A stretch of 63,100 bases of DNA, counting the filler, from Candidatus Hydrogenedentota bacterium (GTDB lineage Bacteria > JBFMHD01): the NCBI GenBank assembly GCA_040752395.1. It is 4 parts of 4 records of this genome, joined end to end, with 100 filler letters (N's around TTAATTAATTAA, not from the genome) between each part and the next. Parts side by side here need not be neighbours in the genome. Positions count along the whole stretch, not along the records: positions 31,882 to 47,482 come from JBFMHD010000052.1; positions 47,583 to 63,100 come from JBFMHD010000053.1; 2 more parts are not named here. One strand, given 5' to 3'. Positions 40,818 to 49,011 of the stretch are shown in pieces (positions within the stretch are counted from its first letter, which is position 1; each line of letters starts with the position of its first letter). Made by a program: the position numbers and the translations under genes. The notes under the pieces are model-generated. The model saw only the letters and a program-made list of their open reading frames with translations. It made no database searches and was not told the origin of the DNA.

Positions 40818-41849
40818 TTGGCTTGGCAAAAGGAAAAAATAAGAGATAATATGAGGGGAAAATTTCAACTAAAACATAAAAGAGTAGAATCTTTGAGAGT
40901 TAGAGAGCCCTTGCAACAATATTTATTTCCAGATTTATTTCCGATAGGCCCAAAACAAGAATTCTTACAGAGTTTAAGAGGCAAAGGGAAAAGATATAAA
41001 AGATATTTAGGTTCTCCTTTAAGATATGCGGGAGGGAAAAGCTGGGCTGTCGGTTATGTAATAAAGAGATTGCCAGAAAATATAAAGAGATTAGTTTCAC
41101 CGTTTTTGGGTGGTGGTTCAATTGAAATTGCAGTGGCAAAAGAATTAGGCATAGATGTAGTAGGCTTTGAAATATTTGATATTCTTGTAAATTATTGGAA
41201 AGTCCTAATTGAAAAACCTTATGACCTATATCGGGAATTGGTGAAATTAAAACCTACGAAGGAAACTTATAATTGGGTTAAAAAGGAATTAAAGAAACAC
41301 TGGAAAGGAAAAATAAAACTATTACCATTAAAATTGGCAACCTATTATTACTTTAATCATAATCTTTCATATGGTCCTGGCTTTTTAGGATGGATGTCAA
41401 GCGTTTATGCCAATGAGAAAATGTATCAACGCCTTTTAGAGAGAGTTAAAAATTTTAATGTCCAAAATATAAAAATTGAATGTGCCTCATTTGAGAAAGT
41501 TATACCTAAATTTAAAAATGATTTTTTTTATTGTGACCCACCATACTATTTAGGAAAAGATAGTACCCTTTTTAGGGGACTTTATCCTCAAAGGAATTTC
41601 CCTATCCACCACAATAATTTTAATCACGAATTGTTGAGAGACCTTTTACTAAACCATAAAGGAGGTTTTATTTTGTCTTACAACGATTCGCCTACAATTA
41701 GAAAATGGTATAAGGATTTTGAAATTATTGAATTACCTATCCATTACACTATGGGACAAGGAGAAACAAGAATAGGACTAAACCGCAAGATGAAAAATAG
41801 TAATCACATTAAAAAAACACAAGAGCTATTGATAATTAAAGAGGGGTAA
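40818..41849 (+). CDS. Dam-family DNA adenine methyltransferase
   Basis: SPLRYAGGKS, SPFLGGGS, YCDPPY, ILSYND; the start may be ATG 40851. Confidence 0.92.
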   Translation: MAWQKEKIRDNMRGKFQLKHKRVESLRVREPLQQYLFPDLFPIGPKQEFLQSLRGKGKRYKRYLGSPLRYAGGKSWAVGYVIKRLPENIKRLVSPFLGGGSIEIAVAKELGIDVVGFEIFDILVNYWKVLIEKPYDLYRELVKLKPTKETYNWVKKELKKHWKGKIKLLPLKLATYYYFNHNLSYGPGFLGWMSSVYANEKMYQRLLERVKNFNVQNIKIECASFEKVIPKFKNDFFYCDPPYYLGKDSTLFRGLYPQRNFPIHHNNFNHELLRDLLLNHKGGFILSYNDSPTIRKWYKDFEIIELPIHYTMGQGETRIGLNRKMKNSNHIKKTQELLIIKEG

Positions 41850-42031
41850 ATTATGGCAAAAAAGTGTGCCTCAAATATTAACCAACTCCACCGACAACTG
41901 ATGGAATACTTGTGAAAAATCACAAACCATGATTATGGGGACGGTTCTGATTTCTATATCATACAAGGAGTCAAAACCACCAAAGACAGAGGAGATACAA
42001 GTTATAATGTTTTAAAAGAGGTTATGAATTA

Positions 42032-42355
42032 ATGAATTTTAAAAGTAATAAGGCATTCAGGATATATTATTCTAAAGGATTGTTACAAGAATACGAGATA
42101 CACGCAAAAAAAATTGAGAACTCTACTTTGTTCGGGTTCATAGAACTGTCTGAATTTGTTTATCCACAGAAAAAAAATATAATTATTGAGCCAGGTAGCG
42201 ATAGAATAGAAAAAGAATTTAAAGACGTTAAACGAACCTATATCCCGATTAAAGACGTTATCCGTATTGATGAATACGAGCTCAGCTCCGAAACCGAAGA
42301 AAGTCACCTCAAAGTTATAGAATTCAAAAAACAAGAAAAAAAGCAAGGGGGCTAA
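42032..42355 (+). CDS. DUF1820-like protein
   Basis: YEIHAK..LFGFIE...[10 protein letters not shown]...IRIDE pattern. Confidence 0.7.
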   Translation: MNFKSNKAFRIYYSKGLLQEYEIHAKKIENSTLFGFIELSEFVYPQKKNIIIEPGSDRIEKEFKDVKRTYIPIKDVIRIDEYELSSETEESHLKVIEFKKQEKKQGG

Positions 42356-42356
42356 A

Positions 42357-43730
42357 ATGGTAAATGAGGATATTATTAAACAGATAGTCGAAGAAGTATT
42401 AAAAAAGCAGAAAGAGAGTATCTCAAACAAAGAGACCGAGCTAAAAAAAAGCACAGAGATTCAAGCACCAGAAGGGGCAAAAAATATACTTGGGTTAATT
42501 ACCGGTGCACCTGCTTTTGAGGATGAGGCTATCGTTCAATTAAGAAAACTCACTGAAAATGGACTCGATATTACACTCATATTTACACGTGGAGCTAAAA
42601 GAGTACTTAACCTTGATAGATTCAGACTCGGGATAAGCGGTGTTAAGATTTTACTCGTTGATGAAGTCACTGACCCTGAACGGTTCGCTGAAACTTTTGA
42701 TGTCGTAATCGTCCCGCTTTTAAGTATGAACTCTGCTGCAAAATTAAGTCTGATGATAAGCGATAACGTTATTACAATAATAGCGCTCTGGGCTCTTGGT
42801 AAAGGTAAACGTGTGATCGCTTCGTATAGTTCTATGATATTTAATGAGAACCCACCTGAAGGCGTTATTAAAAAAAGAGATGAATATATAAAACTATTAA
42901 GAGACATAGGAATCGAGGTGGTAGAAGTGGCTCATTTAGCTGAAGCTGTATTAAAAGAGGGCACGCTGACTACAAAAGATACAACCGATCAAACAAAAGA
43001 GTTAAAGCCACTTTTCGAGGCTGGTGCTGATAGAATCTCTTCTCGTGGCTCTATGCTAAATGTTGGTAGTGAAGTGGCATCAATCATAGACCACACATTA
43101 TTGAAACCCAATGCTACAACATCCCAGATAGCTAAACTATGCGAAGAAGCTAAACAATACGGGTTTGCGTCGGTCTGTGTTAATCCCGCATACGTTGCGC
43201 TTGCTAAACAATTATTAAAAGACTCAAGACCTAAGGTCTGCACAGTTGTGGGTTTCCCGCTTGGCGCAACTACACCTTATGCTAAAGCACAGGAAACCAT
43301 TGACGCAATAAAAAATGGCGCTGATGAGATAGATATGGTAATAAACGTGGGCGCTTTGAAAAGCGGTGATTATGAGACTATTAAAAAAGAGATAAGAGCA
43401 GTTGTTGATGCAGCAGAAGGTAGAATTGTGAAAGTCATACTTGAAACAGCGCTTCTTACTGATGAAGAAAAAGTCAAAGCCTGCCAGATTGCAAAAGAAG
43501 CAGGTGCTGATTTTGTAAAAACATCAACCGGGTTTGGACCCGGCGGTGCTACTGTTGAGGATATAGCGTTGATGCGAAAAACAGTAGGACTTGGAATGGG
43601 TGTAAAGGCATCTGGTGGCGTTCGTGATCTTGAAACAGCTATAAAGATGATCCGCGCAGGCGCCTCGCGTATCGGCGCATCCGCAAGCATCGCTATCGCA
43701 AAAGGCGAAACCACTAAGACTGATTATTAA
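42357..43730 (+). CDS. deoC: Flavoprotein-domain / deoxyribose-phosphate aldolase fusion
   Basis: C-half [37 protein letters not shown]-half resembles HFCD flavoproteins ([17 protein letters not shown]...DN). Confidence 0.9.
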   Translation: MVNEDIIKQIVEEVLKKQKESISNKETELKKSTEIQAPEGAKNILGLITGAPAFEDEAIVQLRKLTENGLDITLIFTRGAKRVLNLDRFRLGISGVKILLVDEVTDPERFAETFDVVIVPLLSMNSAAKLSLMISDNVITIIALWALGKGKRVIASYSSMIFNENPPEGVIKKRDEYIKLLRDIGIEVVEVAHLAEAVLKEGTLTTKDTTDQTKELKPLFEAGADRISSRGSMLNVGSEVASIIDHTLLKPNATTSQIAKLCEEAKQYGFASVCVNPAYVALAKQLLKDSRPKVCTVVGFPLGATTPYAKAQETIDAIKNGADEIDMVINVGALKSGDYETIKKEIRAVVDAAEGRIVKVILETALLTDEEKVKACQIAKEAGADFVKTSTGFGPGGATVEDIALMRKTVGLGMGVKASGGVRDLETAIKMIRAGASRIGASASIAIAKGETTKTDY

Positions 43731-44918
43731 ATGGATATGATATTCCACAGAATTTTTTTGGTAGTTATTGATGGGCTCGGTGTAGGAGAACTCCCTGACT
43801 CTGAAAAATATGGCGATAAAGGATCAAATACTCTTGTACATATCCTTGAGAATGTTAAAAAAATAAAATTACCAAATATGACCAGCCTCGGGCTCGGCAA
43901 TATACTAAATAAAGATGACATCCTGCCGGTATTAAAAGAAACAAAAGGGTTCTATGGAAAATCTGATGAATTAAATGAAGGTAAAGATACTGTAACCGGC
44001 CACTGGGAGATGGCTGGTATAAAACTGCAAACACCATTTCGCACTTACCCAAACGGCTTCCCTGAAGAATTACTTGACGAATTTTCAAAAAGAGTTGGCA
44101 GAGCCGTTATCGGCAATAAAGCTATATCCGGAACAATAATACTTGATGAATTAGGTGAAGAACACATTAAAACCGGGGCTTTAATAGTTTATACCTCTGC
44201 TGATAGTGTATTTCAAATAGCTGCAAATGAAGATATCATCCCGATAGACGAACAGTATAAGATATGCAAGATCGCACGTGAATTATTAGTTGACGAATAT
44301 TTTGTAGGAAGGGTTATAGCTCGACCATTTGTTGGAAATAAAAAAGGAGAATTTAAACGAACACCTAATCGTAAAGATTTCGGCGTGCCACTACCAAAAC
44401 CAAACCTTTTAAATAATATGCTTGAAAAAGGGTATGATGTTATAGGGGTCGGTAAAATTTATGATATATTTTCTGGTGAAGGGCTCAGTGAATATGTTAA
44501 ACAAAAAGATAACAAAGAGGGATTAGAGCACGTAAATAATTATATCGATAAAGATTTCACCGGTTTATGTTTTATTAATTTAGTTGATACAGATATGAAG
44601 TATGGTCACAGACTGGACATCCAGGGTTTTTATAATGCGCTCGAAGAAATTGATGATTATGTTGGTAATTATATGAAAAAGTTAAGAACCACAGATTTAT
44701 TTATTATAACAGGCGACCATGGTTGTGACCCAACAAATCACACAGACCATAACAGAGAATATATACCTATTTTATGTTATTCTTCTTTATTTAAAAGAGG
44801 CAAAAGTTTAGGAACCCGTAAGACCTTTGCAGACATAGGTCAGACGATAGCAGAAAATTATGATGTCGATAGACTCGCTATCGGCAAAAGTTTTTTACCG
44901 ATATTGACCCAAATCTAA
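43731..44918 (+). CDS. deoB: Phosphopentomutase
   Basis: DGLGVG, GKDTVTGHWE, YTSADSV, RVIARPF, DHGCDP, DHNREY. Confidence 0.96.
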   Translation: MDMIFHRIFLVVIDGLGVGELPDSEKYGDKGSNTLVHILENVKKIKLPNMTSLGLGNILNKDDILPVLKETKGFYGKSDELNEGKDTVTGHWEMAGIKLQTPFRTYPNGFPEELLDEFSKRVGRAVIGNKAISGTIILDELGEEHIKTGALIVYTSADSVFQIAANEDIIPIDEQYKICKIARELLVDEYFVGRVIARPFVGNKKGEFKRTPNRKDFGVPLPKPNLLNNMLEKGYDVIGVGKIYDIFSGEGLSEYVKQKDNKEGLEHVNNYIDKDFTGLCFINLVDTDMKYGHRLDIQGFYNALEEIDDYVGNYMKKLRTTDLFIITGDHGCDPTNHTDHNREYIPILCYSSLFKRGKSLGTRKTFADIGQTIAENYDVDRLAIGKSFLPILTQI

Positions 44919-44971
44919 CACCACCATCACAACCCAATTCTATCTCATTACAAAGCTATCATAAATTAGAC

Positions 44972-45385
44972 TCATAATACTGAACTGCCTTCCTGGGTTG
45001 TTATTTTATGATATCCAAATTCAGTCCTTTGAAGATTATTTTGTAAAAGATATTGTTTGATCTGATTTTTTATATTATAGAATTCTTTATCTCCGATAAT
45101 GGGGACCCCATCTAAAAAAATATCCATAATAAATCCGCTTGTCAATCTATCTTGCAATTCTTCAGGCCGCCAGGGTATAATATCTATTCTCCCTGGTTTT
45201 TCAGGCCAGAGTAGATCAAGACGCATAAAATAATCTTTTGGTAAGCTATTTGAAATAATGAATATGTCGATATCGGTATATCCTATCGCATCATTCCTCG
45301 CACAAGAACCAAATAATACCGCAACCTCAATATCTATTTTACTATTAATTAAGTTCAGGTAATTTGTAATAATTTCTTTACACAT
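44972..45385 (-). CDS. Minimal nucleotidyltransferase (MNT antitoxin)
   Basis: LFGSCARND....DIDI (GSx10DxD). Confidence 0.85.
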   Translation of the reverse strand: MCKEIITNYLNLINSKIDIEVAVLFGSCARNDAIGYTDIDIFIISNSLPKDYFMRLDLLWPEKPGRIDIIPWRPEELQDRLTSGFIMDIFLDGVPIIGDKEFYNIKNQIKQYLLQNNLQRTEFGYHKITTQEGSSVL

Positions 45386-45774
45386 AGGATTATGGTTTCA
45401 CAATCATCCATACAATTCTTTGCATCCTTTAATCCAAAGTATCGATACGCTACCCCGTAAGGGACCCCATTGGGATACCTTGTCGGGATATAATATCTAT
45501 CAAGTCTTCTAGCTTGTTCACTGCAATTCTTTAATTCTTCAATCCCATTTATCCTGTATGTTTTATCTCCTTCTATAAGGACAAAAATACTATGAACTTT
45601 TTCAACATATTCTCCCCTGTTTATATACACGGCTTTAACTGCTTTTTCACTGGCTTGCTGACACAAATAACAACACCAATTATATCGTTGTTTTTCATAA
45701 AGATCCCTTGCTGTATCAAAATCATATTTTGCTTGTTCTATCCATCGCATTTGTTCAACAATTCTATTGTTCAT
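45355..45774 (-). CDS. HEPN domain protein
   Basis: CQQASEKAVKA, HSI, LDRYYIPTRYP. Confidence 0.9.
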   Translation of the reverse strand: MNNRIVEQMRWIEQAKYDFDTARDLYEKQRYNWCCYLCQQASEKAVKAVYINRGEYVEKVHSIFVLIEGDKTYRINGIEELKNCSEQARRLDRYYIPTRYPNGVPYGVAYRYFGLKDAKNCMDDCETIILCVKKLLQIT

Positions 45775-45777
45775 ATT

Positions 45778-45914
45778 ATTAATCTCCGCAATTCAGACAG
45801 TAGACCATAAAGATTAGATGTTAGACTTAAAAGCATAGCAATTGACAGATGAAGTCCGTAATTCAGTAGGTTTAGTCTGAAGTCTGATGTCCAGTGTCTG
45901 AATCCCAGATTAAT
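45778..45914. repeat. Long imperfect inverted repeat with heptamer arms
   Basis: ATTAATCT..ATTCAGACAGTAGAC versus GTCCAGTGTCTGAAT..AGATTAAT; AGTCTGA-type repeats. Confidence 0.65.
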
Positions 45915-46029
45915 CTCTGATTATTATAATAAGATATTAAGATATTATAGTCAAATAAAATCATAACAGAGTTCTTAAAAAAGTCGTTTTCTTCAGACAC
46001 AAAGTCACATAGTAAAAGGAAAGCCTAAT

Positions 46030-46650
46030 TTAATCTATAATAATATCTCCCAGTGATCTTTTAGGTACATGATGTATCCCGTCTTTATCACGCCAGTATT
46101 TAATATCGCCAGACGCATCTATCTCCTCGAGTTTTATAATTTCCTTCGGCTTACCAAGAGCAACAACAAGAAGTATTTTATAGCTGGATGCTATGTTTAA
46201 ATCTCTGCTTAATTGTTCTCTATTAATTGAGCCAATCATACATCCCCCTAAACCCATCTCTACAGATGAGAGCAAGATAGTTTGTGCTGCAATACCACAA
46301 TCATTCTCAAATGAATTACATATAGAAGTATCTCCTAAAATAACAATATATGCTGATGGTCTTTCTCCCTCGATGGGTCCATCCCAGTCCTTAAGATACC
46401 CTGCCCACGCAAGATTCCCAAATATTAATTTATTCTTTTTGTCATCGCAAGAGAGAATATATTTTAAAGGCTGTAAATTAGCCGCTGAGCCGCAAATCCT
46501 TGCAATATTGACAAGCTCTCTTAAGGTATCCATCCCGATTACAAAATCCTGGTAAAATCTTCTATAACTCCTGTTCTTTGATACCAAATCTTTTAAAAAA
46601 ATGGCCTGTCCCTCGACTTTTCTACTTTTTGAATTTTCTATCATCGACAT
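46030..46650 (-). CDS. Nitroreductase family protein
   Basis: RSYRRF, SAANLQPL, GLGGCMIG, VVALGKP, VPKRSL; the ORF-track N-terminus is repeat-derived. Confidence 0.9.
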   Translation of the reverse strand: MSMIENSKSRKVEGQAIFLKDLVSKNRSYRRFYQDFVIGMDTLRELVNIARICGSAANLQPLKYILSCDDKKNKLIFGNLAWAGYLKDWDGPIEGERPSAYIVILGDTSICNSFENDCGIAAQTILLSSVEMGLGGCMIGSINREQLSRDLNIASSYKILLVVALGKPKEIIKLEEIDASGDIKYWRDKDGIHHVPKRSLGDIIID

Positions 46651-46662
46651 AAATCGTATATA

Positions 46663-46844
46663 CTCCTGTGAAAAACGTTGTAACTCTAATAATATCAAAT
46701 AGAAGCAAGAAGCAAGATAACGAAAAAAGTAAGAAGTAAGAAGTGGGAAGTGAGAGGTATCAGGACGGGTGTGTAGAGCGCAAACTCGCTCATGTTGACT
46801 CCTTCGAAAAAGTTCGGAGTCCGGAGCTATTATTACGAACTCCT
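46663..46844 (-). mobile_element. Two stacked modular elements separated and bounded by CTCCT (AGGAG on minus strand)
   Basis: CTCCT at 46663, 46799 and 46840; the first unit shares modules with the 5318 and 31882 copies, the second matches 51744-51809. Confidence 0.8.
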
Positions 46845-46888
46845 ATCATTTTTTGTCAACTCATTCAGTGAATTCAAAAAATTCATAT

Positions 46889-47272
46889 TTACGCTTTCAT
46901 CTGTGCTAATGCTACTCTTTCAGCCATAGCACTCACTCTCTCGAGTATCGCACTTATCTTGGTCATATCCTCACTCAACACTTTGAACCCTTCTCGTTGA
47001 CCCTCGGTCAACACTCTGAGACCCTCGGTTAACGCTCTAAACCCCTCTCGCTGACCCTCCTCTATCTTTACCAGTATCTCTGCCACCTCTCTATGCACAT
47101 CCAGTGACATCTTCTGCACATCAAGAGATGTTTTCTGCACATCAAGAGATGTTTTCTGCACATCAAACATAGATCTTAATAATTTACTGTTCTCCTTTCT
47201 TACATCCCGAATAAACCAGACTATTGTAACACAGCCAGCTACAAGCGTTATAATTGTTATGACCCATTCCAT
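46889..47272 (-). CDS. Membrane-anchored coiled-coil hypothetical protein with internal tandem repeats
   Basis: N-terminal TM helix, (DVQKTSL)x2-3 from 21-bp repeats, EGQREGF twice, GAGG SD. Confidence 0.75.
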   Translation of the reverse strand: MEWVITIITLVAGCVTIVWFIRDVRKENSKLLRSMFDVQKTSLDVQKTSLDVQKMSLDVHREVAEILVKIEEGQREGFRALTEGLRVLTEGQREGFKVLSEDMTKISAILERVSAMAERVALAQMKA

Positions 47273-47482
47273 ATATAACTCCTCTCTCTTCCCTCCACAT
47301 CAACCTAAACCTTTACCCCTTTACATTCAATCTTTTATCTCTAATATAATTATAACTATAGTTAAGCACTTTTCTATTGAATAAATAGAAAGACCTCCGT
47401 ATAATATTGATTATAATTTAATAATCTTACTATACCGAGGAATCTACAATGCTTAATACACAGCAAAGTATACAGCCACCCG

Positions 47483-47582
47483 NNNNNNNNNNNNNNNNNN
47501 NNNNNNNNNNNNNNNNNNNNNNNNNNTTAATTAATTAANNNNNNNNNNNNNNNNNNNNNNNNNNNNNNNNNNNNNNNNNNNN
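47483..47582. other. Artificial contig spacer
   Basis: N run with TTAATTAATTAA. Confidence 0.97.
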
Positions 47583-47731
47583 AGTCGTGAGTCGCAAGTC
47601 GTGAGTCAAAACAGGACTCGAGACTCAAGCCTCAAGACTTTTCAGCAGGCTCCGGGCTTCGGGCTCCAGCCGGCTGTAGTCCGTAGCCTGTACCCCGAAT
47701 TATTAGAGTTGCGAAGTTTTTCAGAGGAGGA
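47583..47731 (+). mobile_element. Modular heptamer element at contig start
   Basis: Reverse-complement homolog of 15721-15862; ends TTTTTCAGAGGAGGA five nt before an ATG. Confidence 0.82.
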
Positions 47732-47736
47732 TATTA

Positions 47737-48501
47737 ATGGCAAAAACCATTCTTGTGGTCGATGACCATTTAAATGTTCGAAACATATTAAAATTTAATC
47801 TTCAAAGAAAAGGATATAATGTTCTAACAATTGACGATGGCGGGAGTGTGTTACCTATGGTAATGAAAGAAAAGATAGACCTTGTTCTACTTGATATAAT
47901 GTTACCGGACATTGATGGTTTTAAGGTTCTTGATAGTATGAAAGCAAAGGGTGTTATCGATAAATCGCCTGTTATTGTACTCAGTGCCAAAGGCGAAGAG
48001 TCTGATATTCTTACAGCATTAAAAAAGGGTGCACGCGACTATGTTGTGAAACCTTTTAATTTTGAGGTATTATATAGTAAAATAAACAGATTGTTACACA
48101 CAACAATGGATACTTCAGTTGCTTCAACTAAAGAAGAGGAACCCAAAGCTCGGGTTATGACACTTGGAAGAAATATTAAACACGCTATTTTAATCCAGAT
48201 AACAGCTGAATTTGAAGAAGATGAAGCGAACGAACTTGAAGAAAATCTAAACCCTCTTGTAGAATCTGGCTGGACAAATATATGCATCGATTTCAAACCT
48301 GGTATAAAAGTTAAAACCATTGCTATTGGTAAGCTTGTTAAAATTCAGCAGGAGATTGCTAAAAGAGGTGGCGTTATATATTTGATAGTTCGGGACAACG
48401 AAATAGAGACTCATTTTAAAGAGGCAAATTTTGCTAAATATTTTACAATATTTAAATCTTTTGATGAGGCCTTCTCACTGGTTTCTACAGAGAATACTTA
48501 A
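47737..48501 (+). CDS. Response regulator receiver fused to a STAS-like domain
   Basis: VVDD, LLDIMLPDIDG, KPF; C-terminal anti-sigma-antagonist-like pattern. Confidence 0.85.
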   Translation: MAKTILVVDDHLNVRNILKFNLQRKGYNVLTIDDGGSVLPMVMKEKIDLVLLDIMLPDIDGFKVLDSMKAKGVIDKSPVIVLSAKGEESDILTALKKGARDYVVKPFNFEVLYSKINRLLHTTMDTSVASTKEEEPKARVMTLGRNIKHAILIQITAEFEEDEANELEENLNPLVESGWTNICIDFKPGIKVKTIAIGKLVKIQQEIAKRGGVIYLIVRDNEIETHFKEANFAKYFTIFKSFDEAFSLVSTENT

Positions 48502-48516
48502 GTAGTTCCTCTTTAT

Positions 48517-48939
48517 ATGGCTGTTAATATCTCGAAATTACTTTTTGATAAATTAATAGATTATAGTTTAAGTAAACTACCTTTCGAGTCCTGTGGGATG
48601 CTAACCTTAAAAGATTCTCATATTATTGATTTTTATCCAGTGATTAATATAAGCCCTTATAGACATAAGTTTGAGATGAACAAAGAAGAGTTTGAAAAGG
48701 TTTATAGGATTTATAAACACGATAGTGAAAAAAGCATTGGTTTGTTTCATTCTCATACAGAGGATTTTGCTGTACCTTCTTTAGCTGATCTGGACAATTT
48801 TAAATCATTTAATTTTTCATTTCTTTTAATTATCTCTCATTTATATAGAGATAAACCTGAGGTCAGGTTATATTTTATAAAAGAAAAAAGCCTGGTTTCT
48901 GAAGATATAAGAGTAAAGGAAGTTATACAAAATTATTGA
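48517..48939 (+). CDS. JAB/Mov34 (M67) metallopeptidase
   Basis: PFESCGML, FHSH...PSLAD (HxHx7Sx2D). Confidence 0.88.
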   Translation: MAVNISKLLFDKLIDYSLSKLPFESCGMLTLKDSHIIDFYPVINISPYRHKFEMNKEEFEKVYRIYKHDSEKSIGLFHSHTEDFAVPSLADLDNFKSFNFSFLLIISHLYRDKPEVRLYFIKEKSLVSEDIRVKEVIQNY

Positions 48940-49011
48940 CTGGTTTTAGAGTATTGAATAAAAGAGGAGTAGAGCAAGACATAAGTGGCTGGCCGAGATC
49001 TTTAAGAAGAT

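Noticed and set aside
41966-42022. Degenerate copy of the SD-associated element before the DUF1820 gene; similar ACTTTTTCGGAGGA before lpoB
   Set aside because: Similarity is too short or degenerate to count with confidence
48517-48939. JAB protein as part of a CBASS or ubiquitin-like defence system
   Set aside because: No cyclase, E1/E2 or ubiquitin-like gene nearby; it sits beside valS
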